Below are positions 50,830 to 64,000 of a stretch of 64,000 nucleotides of DNA, piece after piece (position 1 is the first letter of the stretch; the number at the start of each line of letters is the position of its first letter). The notes beneath the pieces were generated by a model. That model was given only the letters and a program-made list of their open reading frames with translations. It had not been told where the DNA came from and did not search any database. The stretch is from Antedon mediterranea. Taxonomy: Eukaryota > Animalia > Echinodermata. The DNA lies in the NCBI RefSeq assembly GCF_964355755.1, contig NC_092675.1, positions 17,084,912-17,148,911 on the forward strand, in the 5' to 3' direction. A program made the position numbers and the translations under genes.

Positions 50830-51440
50830 TAAATTACGAAGTCTATTCCTATAAAAATAACTTTATCAATTCTTAATCTTAACTACTAATCAACAGATTA
50901 GGTAGAATATCAGTAGACATGTATAACCCTATTAATGATATCTTAAATACTCTTGGTTGGAGTAGACTTACAGAAAAATGGAATGAAAATATTCTTATAA
51001 TGCTATTTAAATGTTTAAAAGAAATAGCTCCAAGATACTTAACAATATTATTTCAATTTACTGTAGATAACCACAATAAATGCACTCGCTCCCGAAGTAA
51101 TAATGACTTATCTATTCCGCTATGGAATAACTCTCAGGGTAAAAGAACTTTTGTTTATAGATCAACTAAACTATGGAATTCTCTACCAAATAACATAAAA
51201 TCAGAACTCCATAATATGTCTTTGGAAACTTTTAAATCTTCACTATAGAAAACATATATGTATTAACCTTTTTGCCTTTACAATTGTAAATAGTTTTATA
51301 TCTGTTTTCTTTCTTTTTGTTTTTCTTTTATATTTTATTTTTGTTGTAAATATGTTTACTGAACCACTTTGGAAATCAGTACATTTGTATTGAAAGTGTA
51401 TTTCAGTTTAAAGAAAGAACAACAAATAAATAAATAAATA
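50830..51440 (+). mobile_element. 3' end of an L2/Crack-group LINE
   Basis: LGWSRL..MLFKCLKEIAPRYL..TRSRS..GKRTFVYRSTKLWNSLP, then 3' UTR and (AAAT)n tail. Confidence 0.8.
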
Positions 51441-51966
51441 TGTGAAATGCCAGTCTTGTTGTCTCTAGGTACAGTAGTTCTACAAACATACAGTAGCACT
51501 CATGAAGTCTGAATAGCTCAATAAAAACATAATCAGCGTTGGTTTTGTTTATTTGTCAATGATTTGATGCATCCTTAACAAATATAGACATACTTAAGCA
51601 ATATTGACATGCAGTCATTTTCCATGAAAAATTTGGTTCTTAAAATCAATAACCGGAATCAATGACCTCTTCCAAAAATGAATTAAAATATAAAACCTTA
51701 TCTTTTAGTGTATGTGAATTCTGTAATCTGATTGATCAATATGTATGAGATATAATTCCGTATTACACCCATTTACTGAGTCAAGCAGATCAGAAGGTAA
51801 TATATCTCGTATTACCTGTTTGATGTTTCTACGCGCACGTTGTTTATCGTTGAGCGCATGCGTAGTTGTGATTTCAACCATTGAATATGAACGCCTTTTT
51901 GACGGTCTGTAAAAAAAGCTAATTGTCCAATTGCTTATACAGTAGTGTACACTAAGAGATAAAATC

Positions 51967-52086
51967 GTTGCACCTTGCTTGTTCTTACGAAATACGGTAA
52001 ATATCTACGTTCTGGTTCCATATTCCATGGAATATGGAATCAGAGTGCAGATATTTCCCGTATTCCGTGAACAAGCAGGGTGTAAC
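51967..52086. repeat. ~120-bp imperfect palindrome (fold-back element)
   Basis: GTTGCACCTTGCTTGTTC...TTCCATATTCCA|TGGAATATGGAA...GAACAAGCAGGGTGTAAC, centred on CCATGG. Confidence 0.85.
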
Positions 52087-55000
52087 TAATAATATCTAAA
52101 AATTTAGGAAGTTATATGAAAATTATGTTATACTTTTTTTTTTTAAATTTAAATAATAATGAATTTAAATTTACCAGACCATTCAACTCCCTCCAAAATT
52201 GTGCAAGTTTGCACAATCATATAAGTTTTGCTTGCTAGAATGTGGGAGTTATATGAATTGCGGGCACCCACTTTGTTGATGTTGTATACAATGTGTGTAC
52301 CATACCTCTGTGTAGGTTGCAATATGTACGCTATACTAGAAGATAGAGTTCGGGCTGCATTCACTTTGGCTACCAAACTTACGTTACCCTGTGCTGCTTT
52401 CTAGTCCAAGTGGAAGCAAGTGGTAATGAATTGAAAGGTATTGATAATTACAATACACCAATATAGGAAATGCGTTGCCAAACATCATGACATACACAGT
52501 GAGTAGTATCGCCTGCCAGAAAATTGGCTGTATGTTAGGCCTATGTGAGTTTAATGCAGGTGACTTGGCATGATAAAAGTGTTATGTTCAACTATAAAAC
52601 CTAATTCATTATGGTTGATACTGATAGACATTGTTATGTTTATTTTTTGTTCAAGTTATTTTAGGGAATTCCCCATTATAAGTTCAATAAACTTTCACAC
52701 ACTGTCAGTTTTTCTTCAATATTCTTTCTTACTTTATTAAAATTGAATATTTAAGAGGTTTTTATCCCATCGAAACCAATCATTATACATAAACATTTAT
52801 GTGGTCTTGGTCACTATTCCCCTGACATTTTCAGGTGTAATTCAGATGATTTATATTTTTCAGCCTAAAAATGTGGTTTAGAATATATTCGTAACTCATT
52901 TGAAATTTAGGGTTGGACCTGACTTAGTAGCATATAATTTACATATTTTTATTTGCTATAATGTTTTTACAGCAACATGGCCTTCTTCAACTTTAGAGCA
53001 GAACAACATTTGGCAAAGGGTTTGCACATACAGTATATTCGATGGCCAAAACATTCGCAACAGGCTCCTTTATTATTCGCGTACATGGAATTCAACCAAT
53101 TTTTTTTATATTGCATAATTTAATTTGGGCTTCATCCAAATTGTACTTTGGGACATTTTTGACTTATAATAGTCATATACTAGGTCGACTTTGCTATGAA
53201 CTGTAAAATATAAACAAAAATAATGCATCAGATAAACATAAATAAAGTACTTAAATGTACTATGATTCTTGAAAACAGACATTCATTTTTTAATATCAAT
53301 AATTTTATGGGTTATTTCGGTTACATACATCATCCACTATTTTAATGATTTGTTTGTTTGATAATACTGTATAATCTAAATCAGAATGTTCACTTTTGTT
53401 GCCTGAAAGCTCTGCTAATTTTTCTACTTGTTTTACTTAAATTCCATTCCCTACGTTTTTTAGATCTAATTTAAGGTCACAAACTACATTTAATGTAATT
53501 TGACCATTTTTTGCCTTAAATGCCTATTAGTTATTGAATAATTATTACGTGGCATTAAAAGAGCATATTAAAAAAAAAAAAATCAAAAACAATATTTTTC
53601 AGGGGATAATATATCTTTAAGGAGACACTCCATGTGAAGCAAGCAATGGAAAATATGTTTTAACACTATCAACCCCATTAAGTGGAAACTCGATATACAG
53701 GGGACACCACTTCCTATTCAAGACCCCTATTAGAGGACACTTTGTTGGGTCCCAATGCACTGGCTTATTAGTGTTGGTGTTCTACTGTACTCATTTGGGG
53801 ATCAAGTTTACACTTGTATTAATCATACTGGACAGATATGATGCAAGTATTGTAATGGCTCATGTCCAGATTGGCAGTGATGTCATTTGGAAATATTACA
53901 AGAAAATTTGCCACGGTTAAACCTAAAAACATATCAGCCTTAATCAGGAAATTATGAATGACAGATTTGCCATTAACATTTAAAGTAATCAATAATTTCG
54001 GAGACATTATTGTATGTATTAAGGTGGCACAACATAATATATGTTGTTTGCATATTATATTTTGCTTAATTAAATTTAAACATCCCTTGATATCCAGGAC
54101 ATTATGGTACTTCCAAAGGGTTTAACTTTCAAGGTTATATACTTGGAAACAAATTTAATATTTTGTGATTTTAAGTTATTATATCTCTTTCTTTACAGGT
54201 AACGATGGATATACCAAGACTACATATTAAAAAAACAAAAAACAGACAAGGTTAATTATCAACAATTGTATTGACAACTCATTAATACAGAATGGCGCAG
54301 TTCTTCAATGCAGTGAGAAGTTTGTTGCGAGTTGTTATGATGTTAATTGTTAATGTTGGCAATTGTCAATCTGTTGCCTTTGATATCTATTGACTGCAAG
54401 GTTTAAACTATTGTATCCTAAGTGATTTATTACAGTGTGGATTGAAATGATAGTTTATAAATGGTATATTTTGAGTACCGTATATACTGTTCCCCATTTC
54501 ATTTCTACTGATATATTTGTGACTTTGGCACTAAGCCTTAACTTATCGTAATTATCTTATACTTATATGTGTGAATGACAAAAAGTAACATAGCCCCAGA
54601 GTTTTCTCCGGCTGTGATTGGACCAAACCCGAGTTCAGTGTGAACATATTTTTAGGCAATTCAATATATTTACATCAAACATTTTGTATACTTTCTTTGG
54701 TGTTATTATACACTACCAGTGATGTATTTTTGCAGATGAGTAAAATACAACATCATTAATGTTGATGGTTATTAACATAAATGTGTCATTAGGATGACAT
54801 GTTAATGTTCAACCCCTACTCTATTTTTCAAGTTCACACGCACTATATAACATTAGCATAGGCTACAGGTTAATATTTTGAATATACTCATCAGTATTGT
54901 AAGAGATAGATTTACAGAAACAGATGTATGAAAGGGCAAATAGTACTGTGGGTGATGTGTGAACACATGCTTAAATCTGACAGGGCGGTTTGGCTGTAAT

Positions 55001-55159
55001 AAACTAATAGTTTTATAGGAATTACACATCTGTTTAGTGACGCTAATTTTAGGTTTTATAATAATTCATGTTAGTGTATATTTCAACTGGAAATCATAGT
55101 TGTATAGGAAGAACCAGAATGGTGTTTGACTCAAGATTAAAAGTAGAATTGTGTGTGTG

Positions 55160-55823
55160 GGCACAAAATTTCAATTGATCATACATTCTAATTATTATCG
55201 ATCTATAATTTAACCTATGTTTCATAATTTTTGGGATTTTATTTCTTTTCTTGCATTATATTAATTATTTTCACTAACGGTTATATATTTATTATGTTAC
55301 TCTGTATTTTGCTCTATTGGAAATAAATATTATTATTTATATTATTGTGCTATATGATTTTTGTTCCAATTACACAGTAAAATCCCTATTCTTTTGTACA
55401 CAAATATTGTAAATCAAGAAGCATTTTTAAACAATTAGGAAAAATAAAGAGTGTGGTAAAAAATATCAGATGACTAAATATATGTAATAATAACTAATAA
55501 ACTTCAATTTTACGTTTCTGGTATTTTTATTTAACTTCAGATTTTTATTTTTGTGCTATAGCAAAAATGATCCACTGTATACCAACACTTGCACTTTTTT
55601 TTCACTTTTTAGGGAGTCACTGTATGGTATTTCATTGGTTAAACTACCTAACTACTGAAAAAAGTCTCTTTACTGTTATATCAGAATTTTGCCAGATTTA
55701 GTCAGTATTTGGCAATTTTAAGGGAAATTCATGTTTTTTTGTCATTTCTGTGACACATATTTGTTTTATGTACATTTAACCAGATATATTTAAAATTCAT
55801 GCCTTCATGCCTGTACCTGACCT
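55160..55823. mobile_element. Second, left-truncated copy of the Kolobok-type element at 15754
   Basis: Colinear similarity (ATTGATCATACATTC..., CAGATGACTAAATAT...). Ends TACCTGACCT|TTAA. Confidence 0.75.
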
Positions 55824-58800
55824 TTAAGGGGTAGCTCTAGTCTGGGTTTAAAATTTAAAGCTTTGCAATAATATTGAAAATAACACCACATTATGACACC
55901 AGTGACAAGCATTGTGAAAATCATCCCATTTTAACAATCAATCAATAAATTTATAATGCTTTATATTAAGGATTCATTTACTATTGGACACTTGTGCCTA
56001 AAGATATAACATTTAAAAGGAACATTTTATTTGGTTTTTTTTTCTTGAATGCAAAGGATATCATCATTGAGACCAGAATCAAATTATTTCGGTGGTCCCT
56101 ATATAGTATAGTACCATTACATTCTCTAGAATTAATCACAACTTATTTTTATAAGAAAAAACTACAAGCATATCATTCATCGATTGAAATACTCAGAAAA
56201 CTCATAACAATTGTATTATACAAGATAAATATATAGAATATGAAATTATTATTCTTTCTATATTTTAGACCTACCTTCAACTTTTGACTGTAATAAATAT
56301 CAACAAATGTTAATTATTAGCTCAACCTCCCACGCCAAAAATGAATATTAGCCTTTCTGTAGGCACTGTACTATTAGGTAGCATTTAATGATAACAAAGA
56401 ATACAGTATATTTGTTTTTAAATAATTTCATTACAAAACACCTAACATAGAAAAGAGAGATTATAGAAAGAAAAGAAAAATATACTCTTAGTGGATGCTA
56501 AAATAAAAGCATGAGATTTATACAGGGATTTATATACAAACCAGATATTGGTACCGACCATCTACTTTTTAAAAGGAAGTCACTTTGATGACATTTGACG
56601 GCAATAATTATCGTCAATGTAACAGGCCTCCCATGAGAGCCTCATCCTCTGGTTTTTTCTTGTTCTCATTCGTGTTTCATTTGTTGCATGAACATGAATC
56701 ATGATCGTGTGAAAGTAGTGAGCACCAATAGAATACGACAAGCAACATCGTGGTTTGGGGAAAGAGAAGGGTTGTTGAGGAGGAGACCCGGGGGAGAGGT
56801 TCCCCTTTGAAGATTGCCATTCCAGGGTTCTTTTTGTTGTTTATCATGTCATTCAATCTTGTTTTCAATGCCTTTTCTGCAAAATGTTTTCTGCAACAAT
56901 GTTGAAATCATGTGTGTTTGCCTTTTTTTTTAACTAACAGATTGTTATTTAGGATATTTAAAAACCCTGTAGGAACTGTGCATTCCGGATTCTGTACAAA
57001 ATGTACGTGTGTGATTTTATCCGGCCATCGGACCGAATTCGTGCACAGGGTCAATGTGCCGTATAAAGGTATATAGTTCATGTTCTCATTTGGAACGCAA
57101 GTACGTGACGCGACGCGCAAGTCATTTGACCAATCACGTCGTGATTGGCCAAATTAGTACGTTGCCCTTGGGTTACGTCTTCCAGTAGTTTGAAATAAAA
57201 AAGGATTTAGTATGGTACACTTGGTCCAGGCCTATTGTATACTATAACTTATAAAATCTATAACATAGGGCCTACTTACTTTATCGTCTACCTTTACTTT
57301 AGAAAGGACTTATTAAGATTTTTTTTTTTTTATGATTTATAGTTTCACTTTTTTGGGTAATTCATTCTGAATTTCCATCTGAAATTTCAATTTTCAACAC
57401 GTTGGTTGGTTATAGAGGAAGATCAGAAAACCGAATCATTTCCGATATAAGCCTTCAACAGGAAGTTGCTTAAAAAAATCGACCCAGAGATTTTTGGTAA
57501 GTTTTATGACTATTAATAATCAAAGGGTCCAGTAAGGCCTACTGATCATTTTTACGGAGATAACAGTTCTATTTTACAGACTTGTAAGTAATCCTTTGTG
57601 TTGAGTTAGGCCTAGGCCCTACTCCAAAAGACCATAACATAGACCGACAATTTATTTATTCCCAATTGATTGAAATTAACACTAAATCCAAAATAATCAA
57701 CCAGACCAGAGTTCGGTGACATTCATACACCCCTGCATTCACCCCTCCTCCCTTTCAAGTCTTCACAGATACAATAAAATGTAAAATACACTTTGAACAA
57801 AAAAAAAATAACATTAGTAACTAAATAAAACCATAATATCAGAATATACAAAATATTTTAATTAGTTATATTATAGGCATAAATGATTGATATTTATTAA
57901 GAGATACCAGTGGTAACCAAAAAGACACATAGGCCTACTTTTGTGGCCCTATTGAAATTATTGTTCCCTTGGAATTTGTCGGTGGTCCTCTATATGGGCA
58001 GAGGTGGGCTGGTGAAACGAAAGTGGGTTATTTTAAGTCAGGGTGACCCACAAGCAATGGACTATTAACATCATAATTTTAGAACTTTTTTCACTCGAAA
58101 TTTTACTCAAACAATTGATTTTCGATGTTACTGGAGAAATAGTATTTTTCCGTGGGTGTTCATTGGATCGACTTTATTGTTAATTATTAGTGTATTGTGG
58201 TATATTATTATTGTTATTATTATTATTGCATGTCATCCATCAATCACACAACCATCAAGCAAATCACCATTAATGATTTTTTTTTCTATAATTGACCTGA
58301 AACTTAAAGAATTATCGATATATATATTACATTATGATAGACAGTATGGACAATTAAATATATCAAAATGAGATAAATTCTCTTAATAATCTTTAAATTC
58401 CCTGCTTAACACGCTTATCCAAGAATAATGATCCCCCTAATGAGCTCATATGAATGCAGACCAAAATATTGATCTCGAATCGCCTTTGCTTATATAGATC
58501 TCAAATCGCGTTTGCTTTTTGCACATTGATTTTCCAGCCAGCGCCTACTCCATGACGTCACAATCATCTCAAATTAATATTATATATCGGCATTAAATCC
58601 TGAGAGAGGTTGGACCACCTGTACCAAAAATCAACAATACGCGATAATATTCAATTGAAGGTGTAAAGAAATTACTACTTATAAACCTACATGGTTACAT
58701 TATGTCTTAGAATTTCAGTTTTCAAATTTAAGCTGTTAAATAGTGTATTAACTATTATGGGGTGTGAGAATTTAACGTCGCAAAATTGGAACCCGAAAAC

Positions 58801-60169
58801 TAGAGATTGTTATAATCGATGACAAACCTCCACACGCGATCGGGATCGAAACAGTGTCTCATCACACGCACGAAATGCATGTCACGTCAGGTCGGTTCGC
58901 GTATTCTTCGCGTAAGCTTTGTTATGGCACCCCATTATAAGAGGGGGAATGTGTGTAGGGGTAAGAAATGATAAAGAGGGACGTTGTGTTTCCATCACGC
59001 CGACGCAAAATGTGTTCAATTATGATCATAAGTTTAATGACTATGGTTATGATATAATACTATGATATAATTAATATATGCCTAACAATATTTTTTTTTG
59101 ATACACCACTTCGCCTAGTGTGACATATGTTTGTGAGAGTTTTATTTGCTATAGTGATGTTATCAACATAGTGATTAGTTTGTACACTTAGTATGACGTC
59201 ACCAAAATGGTTACGTCATTCGATGGTGTTGTTAGGGCCTATTTACTTACTTTTGACCGCTAATTAATAAATGACTCTCAATACTGTGAACTGGCCAAAA
59301 GTGATATTAATAATAAGTTTCTTTGCCCGCATACCAACTGGGATGGAGGTATGGCTTTACCCTAAAAGATTGTTTTTACGTCAATAAAAAAGTGACTGAT
59401 ACCGATTTTGTAGTTTCTTAACATTTTTGTACCGTAAAACACCGTAAAAATCACATTGAAAAAACAGAATTAATTTATATTTAATCAACAAAATATTTTA
59501 AAAATAAAAAGAATTATTATATAGTTTTAGAGGGATCAGACAGAGTTGTTAAAAAATGTGTCGAATTCATATTACATGTATTATTGTTATTAAAAGTCAT
59601 TACGGTCAGGTCAGTGTGTCCATGAGTACGATGATAACTCAACGATTATACAGGACATTTGGTCACTACTGTAGACTCGTACATATTGTTTGTTTACGTT
59701 TTCCGTTCATTGACGGAATTAGGTAGGTCTGAGCCGCGGCATGTTATTGTTATTGTTCAACCATTCGTTTTTTTTCTTCTCATTGTAATTTTTTAGCTCT
59801 TCTTGGCCGATAATACATATGCTGCAATTACCTTTACATTAATAAATAATTAGATTAGATAAGTAAGGCTTTAAATTGAACTTCCACAAAAATGTACTTA
59901 ATAAACGTAGTTACTTGGTAATTTTCATTTATTATTAGCTTATTGGTCTTCTATTTGATTTTATTGAGTATTTATTTATAATTTATGATGTTTGTGCTTC
60001 AGCTTCTGTTTCTTTCGTATAATGATTATAATGATATAAAAGCATTAATTAATAATGATAATCAAATAATTTAAAATAACATGGATCATGCATGACATGA
60101 CACACACTGTTCGTCTTTAAAGCTATCCCCTTTTACACAATGGATTGAACCAAACACAATGTTCTTTCT

Positions 60170-60367
60170 CTCTGATTGGCTAAGGGTATATCATATTCGC
60201 GCGCTTCCACTCCAACACACACATCATCAACGTCGTACACGTTTACAATAATCGTAAAAATAGAGTGTGGACTTCAGAAGACAACAATCTTTCAAGTCAG
60301 TATTTACTAAAATTCGGCATATTATTTTGCAATACATACCATGACTAACCCAGAAACAGAAGCAACT
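60170..60367 (+). other. Candidate alternative promoter and first exon encoding MTNPETEAT (ATG 60341)
   Basis: Reverse CCAAT box CTGATTGGC ~60172, CpG patch, Kozak ACCATGA, phase-0 donor ACT|GTAAGT. Confidence 0.45.
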
Positions 60368-63300
60368 GTAAGTATTTATATTTATTTTGGATAATAAAGA
60401 TCCATGAATTGATATATTATGTCATCTTTAGCGTAGAAAGTGTGTACATTATCATCATAAGCAAAATGTGCTCTCCATTGATTAGCTACAGCTCTACGTA
60501 GTCTTGTTCATTCATTCCTTATTTATTAATATGCGAAATTCAATGAATGCATTTTGGCGCCGTTTGTTTACTACGGTTTTATAATGTACAATCTGAAAGA
60601 GGAGTGTTTAGGTACATCTATGTAGTGCATAATTTATATGTTTATTTTTAGTCAAATTATTATAGAATAGAATCTAAATAGCCGCATTCGGGCTCCGTTA
60701 CCTCCACCACGCTAGTTTTTTACTTGCCTACTTCCTCCCACGCTCTCTCGCATTGTCTTTTGTTCTTTTTATTTTATGGACGGCGTGGTTCCAGATGCTG
60801 AAGATTTTTCTTACTGATTTTAGTATTAATTAATTTATGTACTAGTAGTACACATCAACGTTTTGTAAAGAGATTCATTCCGTTATTTAGTAATGCTATA
60901 ATAGTTACTCCTACTTTTCTGTGTAGCTTGGTGCAAATATTATAATTATAAGCCTTAACTACCTATGTTTGAATGTAAAAGTACTAGGCCTAGTAGAGTA
61001 GTGAAAACCATGGTATCTGAAATTACCCTTTTTTCAGTTCGTTCCCATATATTTACATGATTATATAAACTTCTGAGATTGAAATTGTTTTCATTTTTGA
61101 TATACTGTACATACATAATTTTTTTTTTTTATGGAGAACCACCACCAGTGTTTGAACTTGAAACAGATGGTATACCATGCATTGTGTGTACTATATATCA
61201 TTGGTATTCGTGGAATGCCAATGAAGAGATTTCTTTTATTGAAGTCGTAGGGTTCACAGATTCTGAAGATGCCATATAAATTAAACATATATCATTTTTT
61301 CTCAAAATACTATACCTTTTGAAAAATAGTGTTAAACTTGTTAAATTATTTATACAGTAGAAAATGTACAATTTTTATTTAGTTAATTAATAATTAATGA
61401 TAATCAATTGCATATTTTGTTGTACAGTAATATTGATAATGTGTGTATTTTAATATTTTATTTTTATACTTTACAGTACTACGCTAAACATAAAATACAA
61501 AAATGTCTACTTGTGCATTGGTTATGGCCATTCATTCATGCTTAATGTAAACAGTGTAGTGACTGAGGCATGTTGTGGTTTTAACAACCAATTAGTGACC
61601 AGATAGTAGTCACATGCTAAGGGATTATCTTAGAAAGGTTTAATAAAACTGTACTATATTTTACGATTTTATTTTCCGAATTATAATAATGCATCAGCAT
61701 TATTGATGAATAAATTATAGTAATTTGTAATTCCTCAAATTTACGGTTTTCAAGTTTAGCTTTTAAATAGTAATGTTTTAATATTATGATTGAATATGCA
61801 AATTAGTAACTTGGCCAGTCATGCTTGAATGAAAAAAGGTGTGATTGTATTAATGCATGGACAGATCGCCTTCAATGGATATGTTGGATCACTGAGCTAC
61901 TATCAGGATGTACTGTACACACCTACTGTAATTTATAACCAAGCATTTGTGTTTAAATAGTTCTCCATTGCCCCTGGTCTCTTTATAGAAGGCTGAATTT
62001 TATATACAGTGATTAATACAAACACTCAAAACATACAATAATTTAAGTTACATATAAAATTTTTTTTAATGCACTTCCTCATACTACTGATACAGTTATA
62101 ATCCCAGCCTGGGCTAATTAATGAGCATCCCCAAGTATAGGTGAATTACATGCATAATAATTCTATTCATTAGCTCAATTACCCAAATATTGTGATAAGA
62201 GTACTGTAGTACAGAATACAGTAGTGGTAGGGTAAATTTTACATTAATATTTTATTCAAATTATTTAGGTTAAAATTACAGTATGTACAAAAAGGGTAAT
62301 AAAGAGTATATTTATACAATGTAGCAAGGTTTGTGTATAATTCCACTTGGTAAATGGTGTGCTTGATTGAGTATGGGTGACTTTGAACCTGATACTTTTT
62401 GCTTATAAGGTGAGTGCCCTATCAACTACACCTGTATTCCGCTCTGCTCTTTCCTCTCACATAATCTCTGAAGTTTATTGACATACTGTGCTTTAAGTTA
62501 TAACGAATTATGAGATCATATCTGCTATTTATATAGGATTAGTCTGATATCCCATAAGAGGCTGGTGTTAACACAACAATATAAAGTTAAATGGTTATAC
62601 TGTATATATAATGATAAGAAAAATAAGTATTTATATACTGTAATGTATTGTATGTTACTTTAGCTTCTGTTTGCTTTACTTAACAAAAACTACTGTATAC
62701 AGTTACTATAGTTTGCAATTTAAGAACAGTAATATTTTAAATAAAAAATCTAACCTCAACAACAAAACATTTATTGTTTTGCAACTTACAAATATTCATT
62801 ATTTGTTTAGCAAACATTCTATTAAATTTAATATTAAAAATATGTATATAAGAATTATAGATGTGAACCTGTTTGTACTTTTTAAAAGGTACAGTATAGT
62901 GTTGACAACATAACATTCTCATAGGCCAAAAGAGCAAATTGTGTACCTTGAGAATAGTTAACAAGACCTTGCCAATAGTACCTACTGTACTGTTTAGTCC
63001 CTTTAGATTGCCGCTGTATGTAGTGTATGATATAATTTATAGTTTTGTATTTAATGTACATTTGCAGTGCAGAGGTTTTTAAACAATTGACAGAGAAAAA
63101 GAATAAGGAATTGAACTGCAGTAGAAAAAAAGTAGATAGTAATTTATGCAGTCTGGATGGTGGCGACAAAAGAGCATCAGGAATAATATTGACTGATAGC
63201 AGACAATAAATGGTACATGCATTCCGCTCCATTGATGGAAACGCTATCCAGAGAAGGAGGGGCCTTTGGCAGTTTGCCAGATTTAAACTGGCTGAATCCA

Positions 63301-63691
63301 GTCTACGATAATAATACTGTATATTGAATCTTGTTGCTTAGTACCACTCGGTGAAATTGTATTGACAATTTCTATTTAAAATGCAAAATTTATAATATTC
63401 TATGAATTAATTTTCCGGTAAAATGTTTGCAAATATTATCTAGTTTTAATATTTAGCATTAAGCTTATTAAATATATTTTTAGTCAATATAATTGATGTA
63501 AATGTACTGCAACAGCTTTTGGTTTCATTCTCAATAGCTATTTCAAAAATCAATAATATTTTGTTTATATTTTGGCTCGATGAATCGTATGTCGTAGTTG
63601 ACTCAAGCGTTTACAGTAGTTAGACCAGCATCATTGTTTACAAGCGAGTATGAATTTTGAAACGTCTTTAATAATCTAATAATTTTTGAGG

Positions 63692-63724
63692 ATGATGGAT
63701 GAAGAAAAGATTGAAATTGATGTA
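63692..63724 (+). other. Candidate short coding exon MMDEEKIEIDV
   Basis: Purine-rich codon-like stretch ending in phase-0 donor GTA|GTAAGT, preceded by a CpG-containing patch. Confidence 0.35.
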
Positions 63725-64000
63725 GTAAGTACACAAATTAATAACTGTAAATGATTGTAATTATTTCATTAAAATAAATAGTAAAATAAAAAAATGTAAT
63801 TTGACTGATATTAATTAAAGCATTAAAATACATTGCATACAGTTAAAATTGTTTGCATTTTATAAATTGTCTGGAAATTAAATTAAATTTATTCCTAAAT
63901 GACAATTTTTATATTTTGAAGCTGTCATTCAAACTGCATTATGTTTAATGAATGGTCCAATTCAACACCTGAATTATAATGGATTTTAAAGTCAATATAC

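Noticed and set aside
4405-62325. DMRT-like sites (ACAWTGT) suggesting autoregulation
   Set aside because: Scattered rather than clustered at Dmrt2; expected by chance in AT-rich DNA.
22700-64000. KANK exons predicted from synteny
   Set aside because: No KN motif or ankyrin-repeat coding sequence found in this window.

Overview
AT-rich animal genomic DNA with spliced genes, not prokaryotic. Gene content, a Deu/Nin-type SINE and repeat style suggest an invertebrate deuterostome, probably an echinoderm (inference). Three complete protein-coding genes can be assembled by eye: a two-exon Dmrt2/Dmrt11E-type DM-domain transcription factor (+, 3847-8809, 336 aa), NDUFA7 (-, 4 exons, 18710-16545, 113 aa) and RPS28 (+, 18975-21577, 65 aa, plus a 3'-UTR intron). 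NDUFA7 and RPS28 are head-to-head across a 264-bp promoter, as in human. From ~22.7 kb onward I see no recognisable coding exons. A promoter-like island, a CpG-poor body, homeobox-rich blocks and short candidate first exons suggest the 5' part of a large unidentified + strand gene. The rest is TE debris (Academ, L2, CR1, SINEs, hAT/MULE/Harbinger/Kolobok-type MITEs) and three 66-69 bp tandem arrays, one clearly born from a MITE end. No new multi-gene system is demonstrable. The most interesting signals are the Dmrt2-NDUFA7-RPS28 linkage, promoter-proximal TAGGCCTA arrays and TA-framed motifs resembling transposon excision footprints, two MITEs inserted 3 bp apart in the RPS28 intron, and a Su(H) site cluster in the Dmrt2 intron. 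All counts are by eye.
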